From: Planctomycetota bacterium
Lineage (GTDB): Bacteria; Planctomycetota; UBA8742; UBA2392
Reading direction: 5' to 3'
DNA: 64,000 bases
Assembly (NCBI GenBank): GCA_027493625.1
Contig: JAOSKM010000001.1
Span: 1,812,657-1,876,656, forward strand
The position numbers and the translations under genes were made by a program. Below are positions 49,383 to 58,991 of the stretch, piece by piece. The notes under the pieces were generated by a model that ran no database searches, was not told where the DNA came from, and saw nothing but the letters and a program-made list of their open reading frames with translations. Positions within the stretch are counted from its first letter, which is position 1. Each line of letters begins with the position of its first letter.

Positions 49383-50723
49383 ATGCCGATTGCGCCTCAA
49401 CTTCGCTTCTACACGGCGCGTGACATCGACAGCCTGCCGCAGCTGCAGGCCCTGCCCGCCGAGCAGCGCCTGGACATGAAAGCCGTCGCGGCCGTGCTGC
49501 CCTTTCGCGTCAACCAGTACGTGATCGACCAGCTGATTGACTGGTCGAACATCCCGTCCGACCCGATCTTCCAGCTCACGTTCCCCCAGCGCGGCATGCT
49601 CAGCGAGCACAACTTCAAGCTGATGCGCGAGCTGATCGCCAAAGGCGCGCCACAGGCCGAAGTGAAAGCCGCGGCCGAGAAAATCCAGCGTTCCCTGAAC
49701 CCGCACCCCTCGGGCCAGATCAACCTGAACGTGCCGCTGGACGCCCAGGGCAAGCGCCTGCCGGGCATGCAGCACAAGTACCGCGAAACCGTGCTGTTCT
49801 TCCCGATGGCCGGCCAGACCTGCCACAGCTACTGCCAGTACTGCTTCCGCTGGGCGCAATTCGTGGGCCTGCAGGACCTCAAGTTCGCGGCCCGCGAGGC
49901 CGAGCAGCTGGTCGAGTACCTGAAGCGCCACAAGGAAGTCACCAGCGTGCTGTTCACGGGCGGCGACCCCATGGTGATGGGCGCGCCCGTGCTGCGCCGC
50001 TACATCGAGCCGCTGCTGGGCAAGGGGCTCGAGCATGTCCAGAGCATCCGCATCGGCACCAAGGCGCCGGCGTACTGGCCCTATCGCTACACCAGCGACG
50101 CGGACGCCGACGACGTGCTGCGGCTGTACGAGCAGGTGCAGGCCTCGGGCCGCACCATGGCGCTGATGGTGCATTACTGTCATCCGCGCGAGCTGCAGAC
50201 CGAGGCCGCGCAGGCGGCGCTGAAGCGCATGCGGGATTCGGGCGCCGAGGTGCGCTGCCAGGCGCCGCTGATCCGGCACATCAACGACAACCCGGAAACC
50301 TGGCGCGAACTGTGGGACCTGGAGGTACGCCTGGGCGCGCATCCCTACTACATGTTCGTGGAGCGCGACACCGGCGCGCGCGGCTATTTCGAGGTGCCGC
50401 TGGTCAAGGCCTACGAGATCTACTCACAGGCATATCGCTCCGTGACGGGTCTCGCACGCACGGTGCGCGGGCCGGTGATGTCCTGCATGCCGGGCAAGGT
50501 CGTGGTGGATGACGTGACGGAGTACGGCGGCGAGCAGGTGATCGTGCTGAAGATGATCCAGGGCCGCAACCCGGAGTGGGTGAACCGCACGTTCCTGGCA
50601 AAGCGCGACGACAAAGCCACCTGGTTCGATCAGCTCAAGCCCGCCGGCAAACCCTGGTTCTTCGGCGACGAGCTGCAGCAGATGATCGAAAGCGGCAACG
50701 CCCGGCCGTGGGAGAACGTGTAG
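49383..50723 (+). CDS. KamA-family radical SAM protein, paralog 2
   Basis: GGAGG lies 5 nt upstream of ATG 49383. The CHSYCQYC cluster is present. The protein is colinear with 24243-25712. The stop TAG is inside a GTAG-REP. Confidence 0.8.
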   Translation: MPIAPQLRFYTARDIDSLPQLQALPAEQRLDMKAVAAVLPFRVNQYVIDQLIDWSNIPSDPIFQLTFPQRGMLSEHNFKLMRELIAKGAPQAEVKAAAEKIQRSLNPHPSGQINLNVPLDAQGKRLPGMQHKYRETVLFFPMAGQTCHSYCQYCFRWAQFVGLQDLKFAAREAEQLVEYLKRHKEVTSVLFTGGDPMVMGAPVLRRYIEPLLGKGLEHVQSIRIGTKAPAYWPYRYTSDADADDVLRLYEQVQASGRTMALMVHYCHPRELQTEAAQAALKRMRDSGAEVRCQAPLIRHINDNPETWRELWDLEVRLGAHPYYMFVERDTGARGYFEVPLVKAYEIYSQAYRSVTGLARTVRGPVMSCMPGKVVVDDVTEYGGEQVIVLKMIQGRNPEWVNRTFLAKRDDKATWFDQLKPAGKPWFFGDELQQMIESGNARPWENV

Positions 50724-50748
50724 GGACAGATACCTTGGTGCCTGCCCC
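50720..50748. repeat. REP family A degenerate copy with GTAG prefix
   Basis: gtagggacagatac-cttg-gtgcctgcccc. Confidence 0.65.
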
Positions 50749-50770
50749 TGCTCAGGTTGGACGTTCGACT

Positions 50771-51631
50771 TCAGGAAGTGAGAGGCGCCTGCGATACCTG
50801 TCCTTCGTTCGAACTGAGAACGGCCGGCACCCAATTCAGGTTCAGCTCCGCGAGGTTCAGCACCTCGCCGTCAAAGATGCGCCATTCGTCGCCGTGACGC
50901 AGCAGCAGGCGCGTGACCGGGTAGCCGTGGTCTTCGCGTTCCATACGCACGCTGCGGTACACGTGAACCCGCAAGGTGACGCGCGCTATGCCATCGCCAA
51001 GCATTTGTACGTCAGAAGAGGCCTTCAGCACCAGCCGCGAACCGGGCCCCAGCACACGCGCCGCGCGCCAATAGGCAGCGAAAGACGCCACACTGTCGAA
51101 TGAGTAACGCTTGATGCTAAGGGGATCGTGCCTGGCGGCCGATGGCGCGGCCCGCAGGTAACTGTCCTTGTCCACCGCTGCCAGCAGCCTGTAGGCGCGC
51201 CGGAAATCGGCCCGGTTGATGCAGTGGACAAACTCCCGCATGCAATCCGAGGGCGAACGGGCGCCGGTCCGTGAGGCGGCCAGAGCGCCGTGGCTGAACA
51301 GCACCGCGGCGATGGGAGCCGAGAGAATCAGGATGAACGACGCGCCGTAAATCAACCCCAGGGCCAGGGAGCCAGCCAGTTCCACGAGCGCGATCCCCAT
51401 CAGCGCAATCGGCCAGAGGAGCGCGCGCCCTGCCGGCTCGTCCTGGTTGTTGCCCTGCAGCCACTGGATCAGTTTCCATTGCGCGCGCTGGTTCGCGAGC
51501 GCCAAGTCGTCGTAAACGACCAGGGGTCCCACCTGCCGGGCAGGCGGGATCTCCCCGTAGGGGCGCAGATTGACGGGCTGATCGTTCACGCGCCGGCTCC
51601 ACCACCGCATCAATTTTACGAACAGCCGCAC
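50771..51631 (-). CDS. hypothetical membrane protein with C-terminal NTF2/SnoaL-like-looking domain
   Basis: Two central TM helices. The C-terminal 120 aa (FVHCINRADFRRAYRLL...LLLRHGDEWRIFDGEV) are suggestive only. Confidence 0.4.
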   Translation of the reverse strand: MRLFVKLMRWWSRRVNDQPVNLRPYGEIPPARQVGPLVVYDDLALANQRAQWKLIQWLQGNNQDEPAGRALLWPIALMGIALVELAGSLALGLIYGASFILILSAPIAAVLFSHGALAASRTGARSPSDCMREFVHCINRADFRRAYRLLAAVDKDSYLRAAPSAARHDPLSIKRYSFDSVASFAAYWRAARVLGPGSRLVLKASSDVQMLGDGIARVTLRVHVYRSVRMEREDHGYPVTRLLLRHGDEWRIFDGEVLNLAELNLNWVPAVLSSNEGQVSQAPLTS

Positions 51632-51645
51632 CGGTTGTGGTTCGT

Positions 51646-53121
51646 CTACAGCACCGGGCTCAGCAGCTGGAAGAACTGCTGCAGGAAGCGCAGCAGGAAG
51701 GGGCGGGCTCGCCAGCCCTCAAGTTGCAGCGCGCGTGAGCCCTCAATGTACCTCTGCTGCAGCGCGCGCACCCGCGCGGCGAAGTCGCCGTCGTACACCA
51801 GCAGCGAGATCTCGAAGTTCAGGTAGAAACTGCGCATGTCCAGGTTCACCGTGCCGAACATCGCGATGCGGCCGTCAACGGTGATCGCCTTGGTGTGCAG
51901 CACGCCGCCGTCGAAACGGGTGATCTTCACGCCGCCCTCCAGCAGCTCTTCGAAGTACGCCTCGCCTGCCAGCCGGACCACCCGGCTGTCCGAGCGGCGC
52001 GGAACCACCAGCGTCACTTCCACGCCGCGCGCGGCCGCGGACAGCAGCGCCTTGATCATGGCCTCGTCCGGGATGAAGTAGGGCGAGGTCAGCACCAGCT
52101 CGCGCTCGGCGGCATAGATCGCGGTCAGGATCAGCTCCTGGATGGTCGCCTGCGGCATGCCGGGCCCCGACGGCACCACCTGCACGATCGCGTCCCCCAC
52201 CAGCGCGTTGCGGCGCAGGTCGAACCTGTCGGCCGCGGTCTCGATGCCCTCGTAGGTCTCGAACTCCCAGTCGGCCAGCAGCGTGACCTGCAGGGCCTCC
52301 ACGGCCGGGCCGGTGACGCGCACCATGGCGTCGATCCACTCGCCGATTTCGGAATCCTGCCGGAACAGGGCGGGGTCTGCCATGTTCTGGCTGCCGGTGT
52401 AGCCGATCTCGCCGTCGATCACGGCGATCTTGCGGTGGTTGCGCAGGTCGATGCGCGCGAACAGCGTGCGCACCACGCCCACGTTCAGCATAGTGACTAC
52501 CTTTACGCCGCCGTTGCGCAGGTTGCCGATGCTGGGGTGCTTGATGAAATCGTCGGCGCCCACGTCGTCCACCAGCACCCGGCAGGTGACGCCACGAGCG
52601 GCCGCGTTCAGCAGCGCGGCCACCACGTCGTTGACGCGGCCGCCTGGCTCCCAGATGTAAAACTCCAGGTGCACGGATGACTTCGCGGCGTTGATGTCGG
52701 CGATCAGGCGGTCGAAGAAGGCGTTGGCCTCCTCGATCAGCTCAAGGGAATTGCCGGGCAGGGCGGGAATGCCGGTGGTGCCGCGCGCCGTGCGGCGCAA
52801 CAGCACGGCGCCGTGGCTGAGGGTGCTGTCGTCGCAGGGGAAGTCGCGGCTGAGGCCATCCAGCCAGATGCCGTAAGGCTCGCGCAGCTCGGCGATGCGG
52901 CGGGCGCGGCGTGTGCCCAGGCGGCGCTCGCCCAGCAGCAGGTAGATCAGCGCGCCCAGCAGCGGCAGAAGCAGGATCACGCCCAGCCACGCCAGCGTGA
53001 AGCCCACGGTGCTGCGGCGCATGATCACGCGGATGCCCAGCACGATGCGGATCAGCCAGTCAAGCGCCAGCAGCACGATCGCGACTGAGTAGGTGCCCTC
53101 CTGCAGGAAGTATCTGTACAT
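51646..53121 (-). CDS. cls: cardiolipin synthase (two HKD motifs)
   Basis: HRKIAVIDGEIGYTGSQN and HTKAITVDGRIAMFGTVN. N-terminal TM helices. The start is at 53121 (GGAG RBS) inside ORF 51646-53289. Confidence 0.85.
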   Translation of the reverse strand: MYRYFLQEGTYSVAIVLLALDWLIRIVLGIRVIMRRSTVGFTLAWLGVILLLPLLGALIYLLLGERRLGTRRARRIAELREPYGIWLDGLSRDFPCDDSTLSHGAVLLRRTARGTTGIPALPGNSLELIEEANAFFDRLIADINAAKSSVHLEFYIWEPGGRVNDVVAALLNAAARGVTCRVLVDDVGADDFIKHPSIGNLRNGGVKVVTMLNVGVVRTLFARIDLRNHRKIAVIDGEIGYTGSQNMADPALFRQDSEIGEWIDAMVRVTGPAVEALQVTLLADWEFETYEGIETAADRFDLRRNALVGDAIVQVVPSGPGMPQATIQELILTAIYAAERELVLTSPYFIPDEAMIKALLSAAARGVEVTLVVPRRSDSRVVRLAGEAYFEELLEGGVKITRFDGGVLHTKAITVDGRIAMFGTVNLDMRSFYLNFEISLLVYDGDFAARVRALQQRYIEGSRALQLEGWRARPFLLRFLQQFFQLLSPVL

Positions 53122-53172
53122 GGCTCCGCCGCGTGAGACTCGCGTCGCAGTATACAGGCGCCAAGGCCCGCA

Positions 53173-53306
53173 GGGACAGGCACCCTTTTCACGGTGCAAG
53201 TTCGGCTTTGCTGGTGCGATGAACGCTGACCGGGGACAGTCACCAAGGTGACTCTCCCCGGTTGTGGGAAATGAAGAGGGGACAGGCACGCAACGTGCCT
53301 GTCCCC
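53173..53306. repeat. three REP family A copies
   Basis: 53173-53197 (half copy), 53231-53262 (ggggacagtcac-caag-gtgactctcccc) and 53278-53306 (perfect). Confidence 0.85.
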
Positions 53307-53325
53307 GGTCGTGGCTGATCTGCCG

Positions 53326-55014
53326 TTACTTCTGCTTCCAGCGTTCGGGAATGGTGCCTTCCCAGCCGTACTTGTCGAGCTTGACCTTCAGCTCTTTCAC
53401 CTCTTCGCCGCGCTTGATGCGCACGGTGACCTCGGTGCCCGGGTCCATGCTGGCCGCGAACATGATGATGGCCGGCATGTCGCGCACCACCACGTCGCCG
53501 TTCTCGCTGCTGGCGTCTTCCATGCCTTCTTCGGGCATCAGGGCCGCCAGGTTCACCAGGTGGGTGATGATGTCGCCCTTCTGGATGCCCGCCTTGGCCG
53601 CAGCGCCGCCTTCTTCCACTTCTTCGACCAGCATGCCGCCGTGCTCAAGGCCGTGCTTCTTCCAGTCGTCGAGGGGGACGGCGTCGCCGGTGAGGGCGAA
53701 CTTGCCGGCCTTGCCGTGCCAGGTGCGGATCACGGCGTCCTTCACGAACTCTTCGCTGGCGAAGGGGGAAGCCGCGTTCTCGGCGCCCTTCTCGTAGGCG
53801 ACGAACTCGATCTCCTTGCTGGCGGTGTTGACGATCATCTTGTGGTAGCGGGCCGCCAGCGAGATGCCGATGATGCCGTCGAAGTCCAGCACGATTCCCC
53901 GCTGCTTCAGCATGGGCAGGAACATCTTGATCATGTCCGGCATCTGGTCGCTCATCTTGGGCAGCGCCATGATGGTGCAGGGCAGGTCTTCTTCCTTCAG
54001 GTTGCCGATCTCGAAGCTTTCCACCATGCTGGACTTGGCCTCACCCTTGCCGACGCCCTTGACCGGGTAGCCGAAGCTCTCGGTCAGCTTCAGCTCGGTG
54101 CCCAGCTCGTCGCTGAGCGCCAGCAGCATCGAGGCGCCGGTGTCGAACATGAAGGTCTTCTCGACGCCGTTCAGCTTGGCCTTCACGTACCAGTAGGGCA
54201 CCAGCTCGCCGATCATCGGCAGGCTGACCGTGGTGTACTTCAGGGTCTGGCCTTCGCTCGGGCCCTTGGCGGCTTCGGCCGCCTCGGTCTTGCGCTCTTC
54301 TTCCTGCAGCAGGAAGAACTGGCCGAAGGGCTGCATGGGGCCGATCGAGAACTCGTCGTCCTTGCCGGGTTCTTCTTTCGGATCGCCTTTCCTGGGGCCG
54401 GGCAGTCCGGGGATGCCCGGGATGCCGCCGCCGCCCTCGAGCATGCTGATGATCGTGGCGTCGGCGTCGTTTGGCATTTCGTCGGCGCCGTACCTGGTGA
54501 TGCTGAGCTTGTGGGCGGCGAAGTCGATCTCGACTTCCTTCATCATGCGGATCACGTTCTGGCCCACGATGCCCATCATGTGCCAGCCCAGCGTGCCGGA
54601 CATGTGGTCGAGGTTCATGCTGGCGGCCACGCACTTGCCGCGCTCGTAGCTGCCGATCTGCATGTTGTCGAGCACCACCAGCTTGGCCTCGGCGGTGCCG
54701 ACGCCCTGCACGCCGCCGCCCGGCATGTCGTGCTCTTTGAGGCCGAACTCCTTGGTGAGGCGCTGGTTGATCACGGACTGGGTGGCGCCGCTGTCAAACA
54801 GGAACTTGTAGGGACCTTTGCCGTTGACCTTGACCTGGATGAAAATCAGGCCTTCGAACTCGAAGGGCACGGTCAACCCGTCGCCCTCGGGCTCGGCTTC
54901 GGTCTTCTCTTCCTCGGCCGGCTTGGGGGCGTCCTGGGCGCTCGTGATCGTGCACGGCGCGAGCAGTGCGGCCAGCATCGCAACGGCCAAAAGTGTCTGC
55001 AACCAACGCTTCAT
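53326..55014 (-). CDS. secreted protein with two retropepsin-like aspartyl protease domains and C-terminal PDZ domain
   Basis: Signal peptide. FLFDSGATQSVI and FMFDTGASMLLA (DSG/DTG active-site loops). PDZ segment GAAAKAGIQKGDIITHL. Confidence 0.7.
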   Translation of the reverse strand: MKRWLQTLLAVAMLAALLAPCTITSAQDAPKPAEEEKTEAEPEGDGLTVPFEFEGLIFIQVKVNGKGPYKFLFDSGATQSVINQRLTKEFGLKEHDMPGGGVQGVGTAEAKLVVLDNMQIGSYERGKCVAASMNLDHMSGTLGWHMMGIVGQNVIRMMKEVEIDFAAHKLSITRYGADEMPNDADATIISMLEGGGGIPGIPGLPGPRKGDPKEEPGKDDEFSIGPMQPFGQFFLLQEEERKTEAAEAAKGPSEGQTLKYTTVSLPMIGELVPYWYVKAKLNGVEKTFMFDTGASMLLALSDELGTELKLTESFGYPVKGVGKGEAKSSMVESFEIGNLKEEDLPCTIMALPKMSDQMPDMIKMFLPMLKQRGIVLDFDGIIGISLAARYHKMIVNTASKEIEFVAYEKGAENAASPFASEEFVKDAVIRTWHGKAGKFALTGDAVPLDDWKKHGLEHGGMLVEEVEEGGAAAKAGIQKGDIITHLVNLAALMPEEGMEDASSENGDVVVRDMPAIIMFAASMDPGTEVTVRIKRGEEVKELKVKLDKYGWEGTIPERWKQK

Positions 55015-55192
55015 AAGGTGTTTCCTCCGTATCGCTTACCTTCGACTGTTACGAACAGGCCACAGGCCGCAGGTAAAGCATGTTGTCCGATTGACGCCCC
55101 TAGTCGGGCCTGTCACGGGAACCTCACGCGAAAAAACGGCGAGGTCAGAAGTTGGCGGCAAGGTTGCCTGTCCCTTCCGTCGACCAACCTGC

Positions 55193-56497
55193 ATGATCGC
55201 GACCATGGTCGAGCAAGATTCATCCACGAGGCCCCATCCATTTGACTGCCCTTCGTGCGGGGGCGCCGCTGCATCTCTCCGTCGGCTCTGCCGTGCCGGT
55301 GTGCACCCACTGCGGGAAAGAGCTGGGTGAACCGGCGCCGGTGGCTTCCCCGCGAGCTTGACGTACAGTTTCAGCAGGCGCTCAGCCGGCACGAACGGGA
55401 TTGCGGAAGGGGACGTCACCGGCTGGACCTGTTCGGAGTGCGGGGCAGTGGTCGCGAACGCCGCCGGCAACATGGCCCGCTGCGAGTTCTGCGGCAGCAG
55501 CCACCTGGTGCTGACCCGGCAGGTGCTGGGCACGCTGAAGCCCGACGGCATGCTGCTGCCGAAGCTCACCCGCGCAGAGGCACTTGAGCGAATTGTGGCC
55601 TGGTGTCGTGCTGGTCGTCTGTAACGAAGCGATCTTCTGCTTGCGAGCGTCCGATTGCCGCGGGGCTTCCACCTGCATCCTGAGGCCGTGAAAGTGATCT
55701 GGCTGCCGTTGTTCGATTTCGAATTGACCGTCGACTGCAAACCCGACGACTTCAAGCCCATCCACCCAAAAGCCGACCTTCCGGGCGACTTACCGCTACC
55801 CCTGAGGGGACGTACTCGCCCTTACCCGGCGCTGGCGCGCGGCGTCGCGCCCCGGCTGTGGTCGATCCTCCGCGCACCCCGGGCAGAACCCGTACCCTTC
55901 ATGGTGGAAGCACTCGCCGGCTACCACTTGATACCGGCGAACCTGGATCCGGAGATGGCCTGGAAGGAAGTGCGACTGCCGCTGGACCTGGAGTTGTATG
56001 GTCAGTACGACCAGATTCTGCGGCAACGGAAGCTGGTTGCGCAGGTCGGCTACCACAAGTTCCCGCGCCAGTTGTCGTTCCGGCTGCTGCTGGCGCCGCT
56101 GTACATCTGCCTGACGAAAACGGTTCACAACGCCCGAGTGGCGGTTGCTGTCGATCCTGTGGACGGGCAGATCACCGTCTACGCGGTGGATGACGCGAAG
56201 CTGGCGGAGGATGCTTACGGCGCGCTGATCCACGGCTTTTTCAGCGAGCGCCCGATCAGCGAAGGGACACCCGAGCCGGAGCCCGCACAGCCGGTCGCCC
56301 CGGTGGAAATGGGCTGGGATGGCGAGTTTTCTTTGCGCGGCGTGCTGATGGCGCTGGTTGTGTTCGCTATGCCCCTTGGCATAGGCCTGGTTGCATTAAC
56401 AGGCTTGACGATGCAGGGCAAACTGCTCGCCGCCCTCGGCGTCTGCGTGGCCGGCTTCTGCCTGGGGGCTTTGCTCAGGTTCATGATGTGGGAGTGA
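55193..56497 (+). pseudogene. double zinc-ribbon plus C-terminal TM protein, disrupted by about 3 frameshifts and an in-frame TAA
   Basis: The pieces lie in three frames: FDCPSCG(APL..)..VCTHCGKEL, then RELDVQFQQALSRHER, then WTCSECGAVV..ARCEFCGSSHLV...KPDGMLLP. TAA at 55622-55624 interrupts the frame shared with ORF 55655-56497. Confidence 0.55.
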
Positions 56498-56505
56498 GAA
56501 AGCGA

Positions 56506-56538
56506 CCGGGGACAGGCACGTTCCGTGCCCGTCCCCGG
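56506..56538. repeat. REP family A hairpin between convergent genes
   Basis: ccggggacaggcac-gttcc-gtgcccgtccccgg. Confidence 0.85.
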
Positions 56539-56557
56539 TTGCGGTCCGGTTTGCCGG

Positions 56558-57379
56558 CTACTTCACGCTGCCCGGGCGCAGGGGACGGCCGTTTTCGTCG
56601 ACCGGGTTGCCGTCTTTGAAGCGCAGGCCGCCGTATTCGTCGTCTTCGCCGTAGCCGCCGGTCTGGCCCTCGCGCAGGCGCTTGAGGCGCTCGGCCTCGC
56701 GTTCGTCGAAGCGCTCTTTCTCATAACGTTCTGCCAGCAGGCGGGCTTCACCGGAGCGTTTTGGCGTGTACACCACCACGGGCGGGGCGGAGCGATGGGT
56801 GCGGTGATGCACGCCGCGGGCGCGGGGCTCACCGGTCGCGAAGGCCGGGTCGCGCAGGTTTACCAGCGCGCGGTCCTGCAGCTCGGCGTCGTAGCCGTAG
56901 CCGCTGGGCGCGTAGTACAGGCGGCGCACCGCGGCATCCAGCTCGAAGCGCCCCAGGTAATCCTCGCGCGCGCCGCTGTAGCGGTACACCGCGCCGTCGG
57001 GATTCATGTAACCGACCCGCTGCCAGGCGCCGTCATAGAACTCGACGATGAACAGCGTGCCGCGGTCTTCCTGCAGGCGCCGGATGTAGCCCACCGACGT
57101 CAGTACCGTGGGGCGCAGCGGGTCTTCCGCAATCTCGACGGTGTAGAATTCATTGAGCTCCAGCCCGTGGGAACGGCCGGAGTAGTCCTTGCGCTCTTCG
57201 GCGATGTGGCCGGTGTTGAACAGCTCGGCGATTTCCTGGCCGTGGTAGCCGTGGCGCTGGTTCTCGAACTCGATGTCGAAACCTTCGTAAGACTCGCGCG
57301 ACGGGTGGTCGCGGCCCTGGTCGGTCACGCATCCGCCCAGCACCAGTGCCGCGAGCAACGCTGCAGTCAGCTTGTTCAT
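56558..57379 (-). CDS. hypothetical lipoprotein
   Basis: Lipobox LVLGGC. No recognised domain. The C-terminus is charged. Confidence 0.5.
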   Translation of the reverse strand: MNKLTAALLAALVLGGCVTDQGRDHPSRESYEGFDIEFENQRHGYHGQEIAELFNTGHIAEERKDYSGRSHGLELNEFYTVEIAEDPLRPTVLTSVGYIRRLQEDRGTLFIVEFYDGAWQRVGYMNPDGAVYRYSGAREDYLGRFELDAAVRRLYYAPSGYGYDAELQDRALVNLRDPAFATGEPRARGVHHRTHRSAPPVVVYTPKRSGEARLLAERYEKERFDEREAERLKRLREGQTGGYGEDDEYGGLRFKDGNPVDENGRPLRPGSVK

Positions 57380-57441
57380 GGGTACGACCTGCGCTGTCGG
57401 GGGGCCCCAAGCCTAGCGCGGGCAGGCGCGCCGGTCCAGAG

Positions 57442-58662
57442 TTATTGCGGAACGGAGTTGCCGGCCAACAGGCCGGCGGCCAGGGCGAAATGCTGCTCAA
57501 AGCCGCCCCAGTCGGCGCTGATGTCCAGCAGCTGGCCCGCGATGTACAACCCGGGAACCAGCCGGCTTTCCAGGCTGCGCGGGTTTACTTCGCGCAGGCT
57601 GACCCCGCCGGTGACGCCCTCGGCGGCGCGCATGCCCAGCGTGCCGCGCAGCTTGAGGCGGGTATCCAGCATCTCGCCCAGCAGGGCTTCCCGCTGCCGC
57701 TCACTGAGCTGCATCACGCGCGCGCCGCGCTTGACCTTCTGGCGCGCCAGCAGCGCGGCACCCAGGCTGCGCGGCAGGATGTGATCGATCGCTTCGTGGG
57801 CGGCCTCGCGGGTGCGTTCGCCGAACACGCGGAACAGCCACAGCGCGACTTCCTCGGCGCGCAAAGAGGGGAAGAAGTTGACCGCCAGCTCCAGCTCGGC
57901 GCCGCGCGCCAGCGCGGGCTCAATGGCGTGCGACAGGTTGAACACCGCCTCGCCGGTCAGGCCCGACAACGTGAACAGCATGCTGCCCGCGGCCTCGGCC
58001 AGTTCGCGCCGCCCCTCCAGCAGGCGCAGCCGCACGTCCATCCAGAGGCCGGGCAGGCGCAGGGGCCATTCCTCGTGGACACGCACCCCCACCAGCGCGG
58101 GAAACACGGGCGCCAGCGTGTGGCCCAGCGACTGCGCGATGCGATAGCCGTCGTCACCGCCGCCCAGTTGCGGCAGGTTGGCGCCGCCGGTGGCCAGCAC
58201 CACGGCGCGGGCCGGCAGGTTTTCGCCGTCGGCCAGCTCGACGGTGAAGCCGGCGTCGGCCTTGCGCACACCGCTGACGGCGCGGGTTTCCAGGGCGTCT
58301 TCCACCTGCTCCAGCAGCGCGCCGATCACTTCAGCGCCGCCCCCCGCGGGCTTCACCAGCCCGTAGTACGGGGCGTCCTGCAGCTCCACGCCCGCCTGCT
58401 GGAACCAGGCACGCAGCCGGTCGGCGTCCAGGGCAGCCAGCGCGTCGCTCACGAAGCGCGCGTGACGACCGTGAAAACGCGAGATGTCCAGGCCGGTGTT
58501 GCTTACGGCCGCGGCGCCCATGCTGGAGTAGCAGAACTTGCCGCCCACGACGGGCTGTTTTTCGAAGATGCGGAACGGGATGCCGCGGCGGCGCAGCTGC
58601 ACGGCGGCCATCAGGCCCGCTGGGCCCGCGCCGACGACAACCACCTCGGGTGATCCGTTCAA
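57442..58662 (-). CDS. NAD(P)/FAD-dependent oxidoreductase (HI0933/BaiN-like flavoprotein)
   Basis: VVVVGAGPAGLMAA dinucleotide fold. C-terminal GLYIAGQLLDISADWGGF. The TTG start overlaps the upstream stop (TTGA). Confidence 0.7.
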   Translation of the reverse strand: MNGSPEVVVVGAGPAGLMAAVQLRRRGIPFRIFEKQPVVGGKFCYSSMGAAAVSNTGLDISRFHGRHARFVSDALAALDADRLRAWFQQAGVELQDAPYYGLVKPAGGGAEVIGALLEQVEDALETRAVSGVRKADAGFTVELADGENLPARAVVLATGGANLPQLGGGDDGYRIAQSLGHTLAPVFPALVGVRVHEEWPLRLPGLWMDVRLRLLEGRRELAEAAGSMLFTLSGLTGEAVFNLSHAIEPALARGAELELAVNFFPSLRAEEVALWLFRVFGERTREAAHEAIDHILPRSLGAALLARQKVKRGARVMQLSERQREALLGEMLDTRLKLRGTLGMRAAEGVTGGVSLREVNPRSLESRLVPGLYIAGQLLDISADWGGFEQHFALAAGLLAGNSVPQ

Positions 58663-58991
58663 GCCAGCTGGAACCCGACGTCGTAGAAGACCATGGTGTC
58701 ACGCAGGAAGTAGATGGCGACGTAACCCGCGTAGGCAGCCAGTGCGATGATGGAGAGGAACAGCCCCTGGTTGATCTTCAGCTTGCCCGACATGGTCTTC
58801 TCGAAGCTGGGGAAGACCAGGCCGAAGCCCACGGCGAACAGCGTGCCGACGTAGAACGGCGTGGCGGTCGGTGAGGTGATGGTGTTCTTGGACAGGATGC
58901 CGAAACCGTACAGCACACCCCAAATTGCGGCCAGGATGACGTTTATGACGCCAACGTAGTAGGTGATCGAGACCGATTCCTTAGATGCCAC
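58659..58991 (-). CDS. hypothetical four-TM membrane protein
   Basis: GTG start overlapping the upstream stop by 11 nt. The protein is hydrophobic throughout. Confidence 0.45.
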   Translation of the reverse strand: MASKESVSITYYVGVINVILAAIWGVLYGFGILSKNTITSPTATPFYVGTLFAVGFGLVFPSFEKTMSGKLKINQGLFLSIIALAAYAGYVAIYFLRDTMVFYDVGFQLA

